64,000 nt of DNA from a virus, in the IMG/VR virus record IMGVR_UViG_3300030098_003782, positions 4,001 through 68,000 of that record. One strand, 5' to 3'. Below are positions 9,608 to 17,320 of the stretch, in pieces. The notes under the pieces are model-generated. The model saw nothing but the letters and a program-made list of their open reading frames with translations, made no database searches and was not told where the DNA came from. The first letter of the stretch is position 1; each line of letters opens with the position of its first letter. The position numbers were made by a program, and so were the translations under genes.

Positions 9608-11578
9608 TTAATAATAATTTTGATCAAACCACTTATCTGTAGCTCTATCTTCTAATATATCTTTAACTTCTGCATTATATAATTCTCTAGTATGATACAT
9701 TCCTATCATTAATGCCATTACACGGTCAAAGTTTCCTACGTGATTAAATTTAATTAGTTCCAATAATAATGCAGGATCATATATTTTATGCAAATTTAGT
9801 AATTGTTTTCCACTTTCGTCAGTATTTCTTACAGTATTTAACCAATCTCTTATATATATCTCACCTTGACGTTTTCTAGCATCGGTCATATGCATTCCAT
9901 ATTGACGTTTTACTGTCTTACTCCTAAGTTCTCTTTTATCTAACATTTCAAATTCTTCTTGAAGTTTATGTAACTTCCTATATCTTTTTGCGTAAGCTAT
10001 AACCTCACCACGGTCATTCTCAAATCCTATCTTACATCCATAATAATCTGCTAATAAAAATAAATTTCTATTATAATCGTCTTGTGTTTTAGGTCTTCCT
10101 ACATAAGAAGCTACTATAATATCATCTGGTTGAGAAAGATTATTAGGACGTTTAATTACATAAGCTGCTCCTAAAGAGGAACTGTCTGCAGATTGATTTT
10201 GGCCATAAGGGTCATGACAAATTACATACATATTTAAAGGAACTTGTTGTTCTTGATTTTTATAAGGAGCTTCATATATAACTACAGCTCCAGTTTTATC
10301 ATCATCTTTTCTATGAGGGAATTTAATTATTTGTCTAAGATCTCCATCAGGAGTAAATTTAACTTCTCCTTTGGAATTATGATATAATTTACCAACTGTT
10401 CCAATAGATTGAAGACCTCTAGCTTTAACAATATTATATTGTTCTTGTAGTGATGCAATATCAAATAAATTAGCTGTTACTTGTAAGGTAGCTTCTTGAG
10501 GAGAAAAAGGGTGCTCTGCTATATATTGGTCTAACGATTTTGCATCAGCTGCACCTTTTTTCTTTTCCCTCATATCTTTTTCATATTCTACCGCATCATC
10601 TTCTATTGAATTTCCTTGATTATCTATAAATCCATCTAAGTTTTTTTGAATAGGAATAAAATATCCACATTTAGTTCCAAATGCACCTTCATCCCAAATA
10701 TTATCATAATCCATACAATCATAAGCTGCAGGGTTATAGAATATCTCTTCCATTGCTTCAAAATCTGCACCTTCTGTACCACCTGTACCAAATGCAATCA
10801 TCATCCCTAAAGTTTTTGCTCCTTGTCTCATAGTAGGCATTGTTACCTCCCAAGCTTTTAATAATCCTGGAAATGAACCTGCTTCTTCAAAAAATACTAA
10901 TTCTCCTGCTTTACCCCTAACTTTATCTGGAGCATCTTTTAAACTTACCCCCATTATTTGAGATTTCATCCCCATTTCAATCTCTAATCCATTTACTTTC
11001 TTTTTATATCCTGCCATTTTATGCATCTCCCTATCTCTTAATCTAGGTTGAGCCCATGCAGTATGATCATCTATAAATGATAAGAATTCCCAAGCTTTAG
11101 ATAGAAGACCATCACCAATTAAATATTCTTTTTGCGCTGCAAATACGAAATTTTTAGAATTTTTTATAAAGAAATAATTACGAGCAAGCATAGATCCAGC
11201 TTTATATGAATATCCTTTACGTCTAGCTTTAAGAACAATCATATGTTTATTATCTGCTCTAGCTTTATCTATTTCTTGGAAATATTCCCAATCTCCATCA
11301 TAAAATCTTGGAAAAGATCTTTCACGTCTAGATTGAGTTGTGCCATCCGGTAACTTTTCATCTATAGCCCTATCAATAGGACAATAGTTTAAATAAAAAT
11401 AATGAAATCCAGTAACATGTAGTTCATCTACTTGATATCCATAAAGACATCTTTTTCTTTCCTCATCCCAAAAGTCGTAATATTCTTTTGTTCCAGGAAG
11501 TGCTCTTGTATAATACCCGTGCTCTAAGAATGTAAGTGCTGCTGGTCTTATTCTATTTATATCTTTAAATTTAGACAT
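9608..11578 (-). CDS. terL: Terminase large subunit
   Basis: Walker A-like LKARRKGYS, Walker B FFEEAG, GTGG, nuclease CHDPY and C-terminal NFDRVMA. Confidence 0.93.
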   Translation of the reverse strand: MSKFKDINRIRPAALTFLEHGYYTRALPGTKEYYDFWDEERKRCLYGYQVDELHVTGFHYFYLNYCPIDRAIDEKLPDGTTQSRRERSFPRFYDGDWEYFQEIDKARADNKHMIVLKARRKGYSYKAGSMLARNYFFIKNSKNFVFAAQKEYLIGDGLLSKAWEFLSFIDDHTAWAQPRLRDREMHKMAGYKKKVNGLEIEMGMKSQIMGVSLKDAPDKVRGKAGELVFFEEAGSFPGLLKAWEVTMPTMRQGAKTLGMMIAFGTGGTEGADFEAMEEIFYNPAAYDCMDYDNIWDEGAFGTKCGYFIPIQKNLDGFIDNQGNSIEDDAVEYEKDMREKKKGAADAKSLDQYIAEHPFSPQEATLQVTANLFDIASLQEQYNIVKARGLQSIGTVGKLYHNSKGEVKFTPDGDLRQIIKFPHRKDDDKTGAVVIYEAPYKNQEQQVPLNMYVICHDPYGQNQSADSSSLGAAYVIKRPNNLSQPDDIIVASYVGRPKTQDDYNRNLFLLADYYGCKIGFENDRGEVIAYAKRYRKLHKLQEEFEMLDKRELRSKTVKRQYGMHMTDARKRQGEIYIRDWLNTVRNTDESGKQLLNLHKIYDPALLLELIKFNHVGNFDRVMALMIGMYHTRELYNAEVKDILEDRATDKWFDQNYY

Positions 11579-11829
11579 TTATCTTTAATTTTTAAAAGTT
11601 CTGCACATTTTTCATATTCTTCTGTTCCTGTAAAATACTCTATTACCATATCTATTACATCTGCTGTTCTTCCATCTTCTTCTATAGGATCAAAAGGCAA
11701 ATAAAATCTGTCATCGCCATTCTTTTCAAAATTTTCGTAAATGTCATCTAAAGTTTTTCTTCTAGTAATAATCTCATAAGCATTTTCCATTGCTTCTTCA
11801 TATATTTGATAATCCTCTAAAAAATCCAT
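11557..11829 (-). CDS. Hypothetical protein with C-terminal UVR-like motif
   Basis: EEYEKCAELLKI resembles the UvrB/C interaction motif; overlaps neighbouring genes. Confidence 0.55.
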   Translation of the reverse strand: MDFLEDYQIYEEAMENAYEIITRRKTLDDIYENFEKNGDDRFYLPFDPIEEDGRTADVIDMVIEYFTGTEEYEKCAELLKIKDKCLNLKI

Positions 11830-12350
11830 TACATACTATATTTATTTACTTCAACTCCACCTCTATTAGTGTTAGCTGCTTGTTCTTCTTTTTTGACTAT
11901 ATCTTCTAATCTTGTAAGGCCGTCTACAACTTGCCCCATTTTAGATAAATTAGCTATTAAATCTTTTGCGTGAAATATAGGTTTACCATGATCATCCATT
12001 AAATGTAAGTCTATATCTCTAAAATATTTTTCTAATTTTATTATAGATTCTCTAGCTGCTTTTAATAATCTTACTGCTGAGGTTTCTATTAATTTTTCAT
12101 ATTTATCACAAGCTCCTAATATTTTTTCAGAAGGAGTCCATTTCTTTTTTTCTCCAAATATACTATTTTTTACTTCAACTTGACGTTGATCCCACTCATA
12201 AACTGAAAACGGTGATCTATGATCTATCATAAAATATACAAATGAAAGTTCATCCGTATTTAATTTTTTAAACTCTGGTATAGATAATGCGTATGCACTA
12301 GGTACAGCTTTATCATCATCTATATGTATTAAATCATCTCTCAATGCCAT
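11829..12350 (-). CDS. Conserved protein upstream of TerL (possible terminase small subunit)
   Basis: Helical 173-aa protein in packaging-gene position; function inferred from synteny only. Confidence 0.45.
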   Translation of the reverse strand: MALRDDLIHIDDDKAVPSAYALSIPEFKKLNTDELSFVYFMIDHRSPFSVYEWDQRQVEVKNSIFGEKKKWTPSEKILGACDKYEKLIETSAVRLLKAARESIIKLEKYFRDIDLHLMDDHGKPIFHAKDLIANLSKMGQVVDGLTRLEDIVKKEEQAANTNRGGVEVNKYSM

Positions 12351-12819
12351 AATAGTCTCCTCTTTTTATCCATTCTTTTTTTGCATGTTCTTCTAGTCTC
12401 AAATTATTATATAGTTTAACATCTACTACATACTCTGAAGAATATAATTCCTTTAATATAGTATATCTATGATTACCGTCCATTAATACATATCTATATA
12501 TTTTATTTGTTTTTTCACACTGTCTTATTTTTTGACTTATTGTTAAAGGGTCTTTTAATCCATATTCTTTTATATCTTCTTTTAATTTATCCCAATCATA
12601 TTTAGTATCATTTATTATTTTGGTAATATACCTATTAGAAGTATATATATCTTTTAAAGGTATTTTAATATAAGAGTAAGTCATATCTCTTTTGACATCT
12701 ATTATTTTAACACTTAATCTATAACGTCTAAATAAATTTAAAAATTCTCTTTTTATTTTATTCCATTTTTGAGGGCGATACCCCAAAAATCTTCGTAATT
12801 TAAATAGAAGTTTTTTCAT
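12334..12819 (-). CDS. ParB/sulfiredoxin-like domain protein
   Basis: LKEDIKEYGLKDPLTI...YVLMDGNHRY matches the ParB N-terminal signature. Confidence 0.75.
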   Translation of the reverse strand: MKKLLFKLRRFLGYRPQKWNKIKREFLNLFRRYRLSVKIIDVKRDMTYSYIKIPLKDIYTSNRYITKIINDTKYDWDKLKEDIKEYGLKDPLTISQKIRQCEKTNKIYRYVLMDGNHRYTILKELYSSEYVVDVKLYNNLRLEEHAKKEWIKRGDYYGIER

Positions 12820-13030
12820 TATTATTTTTTAATCTATTTATATGTTTTACTCTTTCAGACTTCACAGAGAATTTACCAAAATATGGGAGACGTATAGTTT
12901 CAAAATTACCCTCTTTTATAATTTTAGCTGCATATCTAAATTGGTGATTAATTATTTCTTCTACTTTTTTCAAAGGTAAATCATATTTATTAGCTAAACT
13001 ATATATAATCTCTTTTTTATTTTTAGACAT
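12800..13030 (-). CDS. HU/IHF-like DNA-binding protein
   Basis: NKKEIIYSLA...KKVEEII...IRLPYFGKFSVK, the HU/IHF pattern. Confidence 0.75.
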   Translation of the reverse strand: MSKNKKEIIYSLANKYDLPLKKVEEIINHQFRYAAKIIKEGNFETIRLPYFGKFSVKSERVKHINRLKNNNEKTSI

Positions 13031-13274
13031 CTTGCTTTTTCCATTTATCTTCAGGGCATGTTGAAGTTTTCCATTTAGCTTTATGTTCTAATTTACAACC
13101 ACATGTTGTACATCTCATAACATCTCTTTTTAAAGATGGACATTCTAAACATGTTTCTAATCTTTCTTTATAGTCCTCTTCTGTTACATTGGGTGCTCCT
13201 TGAGCTATATATGTACCTAAATCTTTAGAAAAGTTTTTAATCATTTTAAATACTGAAGGATATATTCTACTCAT
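13023..13274 (-). CDS. Small Cys-rich (Zn-binding) protein
   Basis: RLETCLECP...RCTTCGC...KAKW...CPEDKW. Confidence 0.7.
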   Translation of the reverse strand: MSRIYPSVFKMIKNFSKDLGTYIAQGAPNVTEEDYKERLETCLECPSLKRDVMRCTTCGCKLEHKAKWKTSTCPEDKWKKQDV

Positions 13275-13383
13275 CTATTTGTTCTACTTTTAAATTAACT
13301 AATTCACCATTTTTATCTTGGATTACAATTATTACATAAGGATCTGCTTCAAAAAAAGAAAATACTAATCCAAAATACATCAT
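13267..13383 (-). CDS. Small hypothetical protein (38 aa, not in track)
   Basis: MMYFGLVFSFFEADPYVIVIQDKNGELVNLKVEQIDE* exactly fills the gap and overlaps both neighbours. Confidence 0.55.
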   Translation of the reverse strand: MMYFGLVFSFFEADPYVIIVIQDKNGELVNLKVEQIDE

Positions 13384-13712
13384 TTTTTATTTATCGTTAT
13401 TTCTACAATATCTGTATCTGGGTCTAAAAAAGGATTTAATGTGTATATATTTCCTTTTTTTAACATTGTACCTTTATCTTTAAAACTTTTTACATAGTTA
13501 TTTAAAGTATTGTAATCTTTAATCCCCACCATTCTAGCTACTTCTTTTTTATTTCTAACACTACATAAATTTATTTCTTCTGTAATATTATTAACATCTA
13601 TAAAAGATGCTAATATTTTTAATTCTTTTTCTGTTAAATTAAAAATACCATTCCATAATTGAATATACTTATATGTACTGTCTATATTAACTTTTATTTT
13701 TTTCTTTTTCAT
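13380..13712 (-). CDS. Putative winged-helix DNA-binding protein (RepL-like)
   Basis: LTEKELKIL...KKEVARMVGI..YNTLNNYVKSFKDKG...YTLNP. Confidence 0.55.
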   Translation of the reverse strand: MKKKKIKVNIDSTYKYIQLWNGIFNLTEKELKILASFIDVNNITEEINLCSVRNKKEVARMVGIKDYNTLNNYVKSFKDKGTMLKKGNIYTLNPFLDPDTDIVEITINKK

Positions 13713-13896
13713 TTTCTAATATTTCAATTAATTTTTTGTCTCCTACCATAGGTCTAGCTCCTTTTTGTATTTTATACTCTTCAGGTTTAAATATACACTT
13801 AACCTCTGTAATAATATTATTAGAGTTTCTTTTAACAATCCATCTTCTACCTCTTACGGTACCTTGTTTTTTTAATACTTTTACTAGTGTTGACAT
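13687..13896 (-). CDS. Hypothetical basic protein
   Basis: ORF overlapping the downstream gene in the operon. Confidence 0.55.
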   Translation of the reverse strand: MSTLVKVLKKQGTVRGRRWIVKRNSNNIITEVKCIFKPEEYKIQKGARPMVGDKKLIEILENEKEKNKS

Positions 13897-14023
13897 AATT
13901 TATATTATTTTATTTCCTGTTATTAAACATATATGTTTATCCTTAGTTGTAAATAATCTGCGTTTACATTCTTTATTATGAAAACCTAAGTAATGTAAAA
14001 ATTTATATTTTCTTAATAAGTTT

Positions 14024-14266
14024 CTAAACATCTTTAAATATTATTTTTGCTCTACCATTCTCTATACTAATAGAAGCTGTTTTAGATTGCCTATTAAATT
14101 CTTCAATATATTCAGATATATTTTCTTTATCACATATATATGATAAAAATACCTGTAATTCCTTAGCAGCTAGTCTAGCAGAATCTCTAATTTCTTCTGC
14201 TTTAACCTTAGCATCTAATAAGCTTTGAAAGTCTTCTATTGATATAGTAACAGATCCGTTTACCAT
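14024..14266 (-). CDS. Hypothetical protein
   Basis: ORF coupled to the groES stop. Confidence 0.6.
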   Translation of the reverse strand: MVNGSVTISIEDFQSLLDAKVKAEEIRDSARLAAKELQVFLSYICDKENISEYIEEFNRQSKTASISIENGRAKIIFKDV

Positions 14267-14523
14267 TTACCTAATAGTTGATGTTCAGAAATCATTATAC
14301 AAGATTTTCCATCAAGTTCTACTAACATGGCTTCTGATCTAGGATCAACCATAGCGGTTTCACCTACTTTAACAAAACCACATTGTGGTCCTACAGCAAG
14401 TACCTCTAATATATTAGTGGAAATACTTTTTGCAGTACTCTCATCTAAAATAATTCCAGAATCTGTTGTTGATTTGCTTGGGTCTGGAAGGACAACCCAC
14501 GATCCGTTTGGTTTAAATTTCAT
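14260..14523 (-). CDS. groES: GroES/Cpn10 co-chaperonin
   Basis: FKPNGSWVVL...TTDSGIIL...EVLAVGP...VKVGE...ISEHQLLG. Confidence 0.85.
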   Translation of the reverse strand: MKFKPNGSWVVLPDPSKSTTDSGIILDESTAKSISTNILEVLAVGPQCGFVKVGETAMVDPRSEAMLVELDGKSCIMISEHQLLGKW

Positions 14524-14541
14524 AGTCTATATATTTTTGTA

Positions 14542-14574
14542 CAAATATATAAACTATTTTTTTATAAATCCAAA
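14542..14574 (-). promoter_or_regulatory. Bacteroidota sigma-A promoter (TTTG-N21-TATATTTG) for the groES/terminase operon
   Basis: -7 box at 14542-14549 and -33 TTTG at 14571-14574. Confidence 0.7.
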
Positions 14575-14595
14575 TATTTTTTATATTTTTTTCAA

Positions 14596-14845
14596 TAGGG
14601 TATAATTTCCCCCCTTGATTTTCTCTATTTCAAGTTGTGATTTCCCTCTAGCAGTGCTCCTTTATTTAAGGGACCCAAGGATAGTAATACTGATGTTAAT
14701 TCACCGCACTTACCTGTGTGCAATCTATCCTAACTAGAGTTTATACGTTAACTCTTTTGCAATTACCGGAGAAAACTCTATCTCTATTTGAGACTACAAT
14801 CCGATGTCTAATCCCGTTTTTGGTTACCAGGGGATGAATGATATT
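14596..14845 (-). ncRNA. Candidate structured non-coding RNA
   Basis: No ORF in the track covers it, GC higher than flanks, several nested stems, TATGTTTG box at 14852-14859 immediately upstream. Confidence 0.5.
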
Positions 14846-14851
14846 GCGATG

Positions 14852-14859
14852 CAAACATA
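14852..14859 (-). promoter_or_regulatory. Bacteroidota-type -7 box (TATGTTTG)
   Basis: TAnnTTTG match facing the non-coding structured region; no clear -33 box. Confidence 0.55.
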
Positions 14860-14994
14860 CAAAAAAATCCTAATAAAAAAAATAAAACATAAAAAATTTT
14901 TTTTGAGGGGGTTTGTGAACGTGTGAACCACTACCATCAAAGACCCCCACTTAGTTTCGATAATTTTATCACCCAACCTTAAAAATATAATAAC

Positions 14995-15219
14995 ATGGAA
15001 ACAACTAACAGTTCAATGGTATCAGTAGAATCATTCATCGTCACTAAGAATCCTAACTACTTCATCGTAACCTTCGAGGATACTGAGGTAGAGGTAGGGG
15101 ACGAACTACATGTAACTCAATTTAATACTAGACTTATTTTAAAATCTAATAAGGATAAGTATGAGAAACTCATGAAGAATGGAACTACCGTTAAAATGAA
15201 TACAACTCCTAGAGATTAG
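14995..15219 (+). CDS. Hypothetical early protein
   Basis: A-rich start context; followed by a terminator hairpin. Confidence 0.65.
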   Translation: METTNSSMVSVESFIVTKNPNYFIVTFEDTEVEVGDELHVTQFNTRLILKSNKDKYEKLMKNGTTVKMNTTPRD

Positions 15220-15236
15220 GGGTTGTATTTCTTTTT
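15199..15236 (+). terminator. Intrinsic terminator
   Basis: AATACAACTCCT-agagatt-AGGGGTTGTATT followed by TCTTTTT. Confidence 0.7.
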
Positions 15237-15386
15237 GTTATGTCTTTGAAACACAAGTCTCGAGACATTCATAATACTTGTTGTGAGTTTGTGTGTGTGA
15301 GTGTGACAACCAAGTCACATTCACCACATTTTCCCACAATTTGACAATCAACTAGAATGTTAACATATAAATATATAACACAACCA

Positions 15387-15497
15387 ATGAAATTAAACAT
15401 TAAAACCTTTTGGATAACTACAATAGTTATGATAATTATAATCATAGCTATTAATATCTTTTTAAATCTATACTTATCAGGTGGATGTATAATATAA
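15387..15497 (+). CDS. Small single-TM peptide (36 aa, not in track)
   Basis: MKLNIKTFWITTIVMIIIIIAINIFLNLYLSGGCII*; co-oriented with neighbours, A-rich start context. Confidence 0.5.
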   Translation: MKLNIKTFWITTIVMIIIIIAINIFLNLYLSGGCII

Positions 15498-15530
15498 AAC
15501 AAATAAATAACTAATTAAAACTTATCAATC

Positions 15531-15929
15531 ATGAAAGAAACAGAATTAGATACTAAGATCTTAAACAAAAACTTAGAAATAACTAGAGTAACTAAACAAC
15601 TTGATGATTTAACATCAGATTATGTTGAGTTAAAAGAAAAATTAAATCAAAAAGATAAAAGTTTACATTTCTTATTAACTGAAGTTCATGAAAGAATGTA
15701 TGAAATGACAGAATATTTTGAAAGATTACAACCAATCAAACTTAATCCAATAAATACAGATGAATTAGATTATTATAATAAAATAACAACTGATTTAACT
15801 GATGAAAAAGAAATGATAGAAACTAAACTATTTAGATTAAAAGACATAGATGAAATGACTGATTTTGATGATCAAACTAGTCGTTCAATCTTAAAAGATT
15901 TAAGAAAAGTAATTAAATCCCTTGAATAG
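15531..15929 (+). CDS. Hypothetical coiled-coil early protein
   Basis: ORF with heptad pattern. Confidence 0.65.
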   Translation: MKETELDTKILNKNLEITRVTKQLDDLTSDYVELKEKLNQKDKSLHFLLTEVHERMYEMTEYFERLQPIKLNPINTDELDYYNKITTDLTDEKEMIETKLFRLKDIDEMTDFDDQTSRSILKDLRKVIKSLE

Positions 15930-15942
15930 GGGTTTAATTACT
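15908..15942 (+). terminator. Hairpin / probable terminator
   Basis: AGTAATTAAATCCC...GGGGTTTAATTACT inverted repeat over the stop codon. Confidence 0.55.
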
Positions 15943-16010
15943 ATTTATAATTAAACATTTATTACGACAAATAAAATTAACTAATTATAAACATTTAAAC
16001 AACAAACATT

Positions 16011-16217
16011 ATGAAAATTAAATTAAAAGGACAATGTGTAGACATTAAAAAGAACAGTATCGAAGAATTAACAAGATTACAAAAAGTAATAATCCAAGAG
16101 ATTAAACTAAATAATCGTAAGGTTAGAAAACAACTATTAGAATTATCACTAGGAATAGTTAACAAAAGAATCAGTGACATTGCTTACGATTTAGCATACG
16201 CTAACGAAGTACAATAA
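16011..16217 (+). CDS. Hypothetical early protein
   Basis: ORF with A-rich start context. Confidence 0.6.
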   Translation: MKIKLKGQCVDIKKNSIEELTRLQKVIIQEIKLNNRKVRKQLLELSLGIVNKRISDIAYDLAYANEVQ

Positions 16218-16390
16218 CAATATAAAGAATAGCTAACAGAATATCTGCAGAATTCCCCAAGATCGGGGTTAAACGTATTTTAACCTTAAATAACAGTATC
16301 TTAAAAGTCATATAAAGGATCAGGTGTGACAGCTATTCTTTTATTAAAACAAATAACAATTAAATATTAATCAAATTAAATAACTAAATT

Positions 16391-17017
16391 ATGAAAAAAC
16401 CAGAAATTAACTCAGGGAGTTTAGAAACATTAGTAGAAGGAAACTGTCTACTAATAAATGCAAAAATTGTAGGACAAAATAAAGATAAAGTTCAATTACA
16501 ATTTGCAGAGAAAATATCAACAAGTAAAACTGAAGCTACTTCAGATGTTACAAGTTTAATATCATATTTCAATAGATATGATGATAGATTCTCATCAGGA
16601 GCACAAAGATCTTGGGCAGTAATGGATATTCAAGCTGCAACAGAAGATTATGGAATAGATTTTACAACTACAGGAGATTGGTATGAATCACAAGAAGGAA
16701 CAATGATGGATCTAAACATATTAAATCCAGTATTAAATAATGGAAGAATGGTAAGATTACAAATTGTAGAAACTACAGAGCCTAATCCTTATCAAGAAGC
16801 AAATGTTGAGAAAACATGTAAAACAAGAGGTAAAGGTGGATCACCAATTACTTATAAAGGTAATTATATTTGGAGAAATGTATATCCAGTAGGTGTTTTA
16901 TCTTTAGATGCTGTTATTCCTCATACATTATTGGAAGCAGATCCAGTTGAAGTTAAAATCGAAACAACTAATGAAGAAATGGTTGGTGAGTTAGAGACTG
17001 ATAATATTGGTCTTTAA
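16391..17017 (+). CDS. Hypothetical protein with acidic tail
   Basis: 208-aa ORF followed by a terminator. Confidence 0.7.
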   Translation: MKKPEINSGSLETLVEGNCLLINAKIVGQNKDKVQLQFAEKISTSKTEATSDVTSLISYFNRYDDRFSSGAQRSWAVMDIQAATEDYGIDFTTTGDWYESQEGTMMDLNILNPVLNNGRMVRLQIVETTEPNPYQEANVEKTCKTRGKGGSPITYKGNYIWRNVYPVGVLSLDAVIPHTLLEADPVEVKIETTNEEMVGELETDNIGL

Positions 17018-17025
17018 GTTATCTT

Positions 17026-17075
17026 AAGTATTAAAGGGAGTGAAGTGAGTAATAGCTCCCTTTAATATTTTATTT
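17026..17075 (+). terminator. Intrinsic terminator
   Basis: TATTAAAGGGAG...CTCCCTTTAATA plus T-run. Confidence 0.7.
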
Positions 17076-17095
17076 ATTAACTTAAAATATAAATT

Positions 17096-17320
17096 ATGTC
17101 AAAAATGGGATGGATAGCACAAATGATTGAAGATGGTAGTTATGAAATATTTAAACAATCATATAAAAATGCATCAAAAAATAATAGTGAATTCTTTAAA
17201 TTTGAAGGAGCAAATTGTGATATAAGTTTAGGTAAACATATTTGTAAATATGTAGATAATTATTTACTAGAACAACACAAATTAAATAAAAAATTAGAAA
17301 ATGATATACTTAATCAGTAA
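17096..17320 (+). CDS. Hypothetical protein
   Basis: ORF overlapping the polA start. Confidence 0.6.
   Translation: MSKMGWIAQMIEDGSYEIFKQSYKNASKNNSEFFKFEGANCDISLGKHICKYVDNYLLEQHKLNKKLENDILNQ

Noticed and set aside
15269-15502. Minus-strand 77-aa ORF in the track
   Set aside because: Antisense to the early block; better explained by the plus-strand 36-aa TM ORF and the hairpin.
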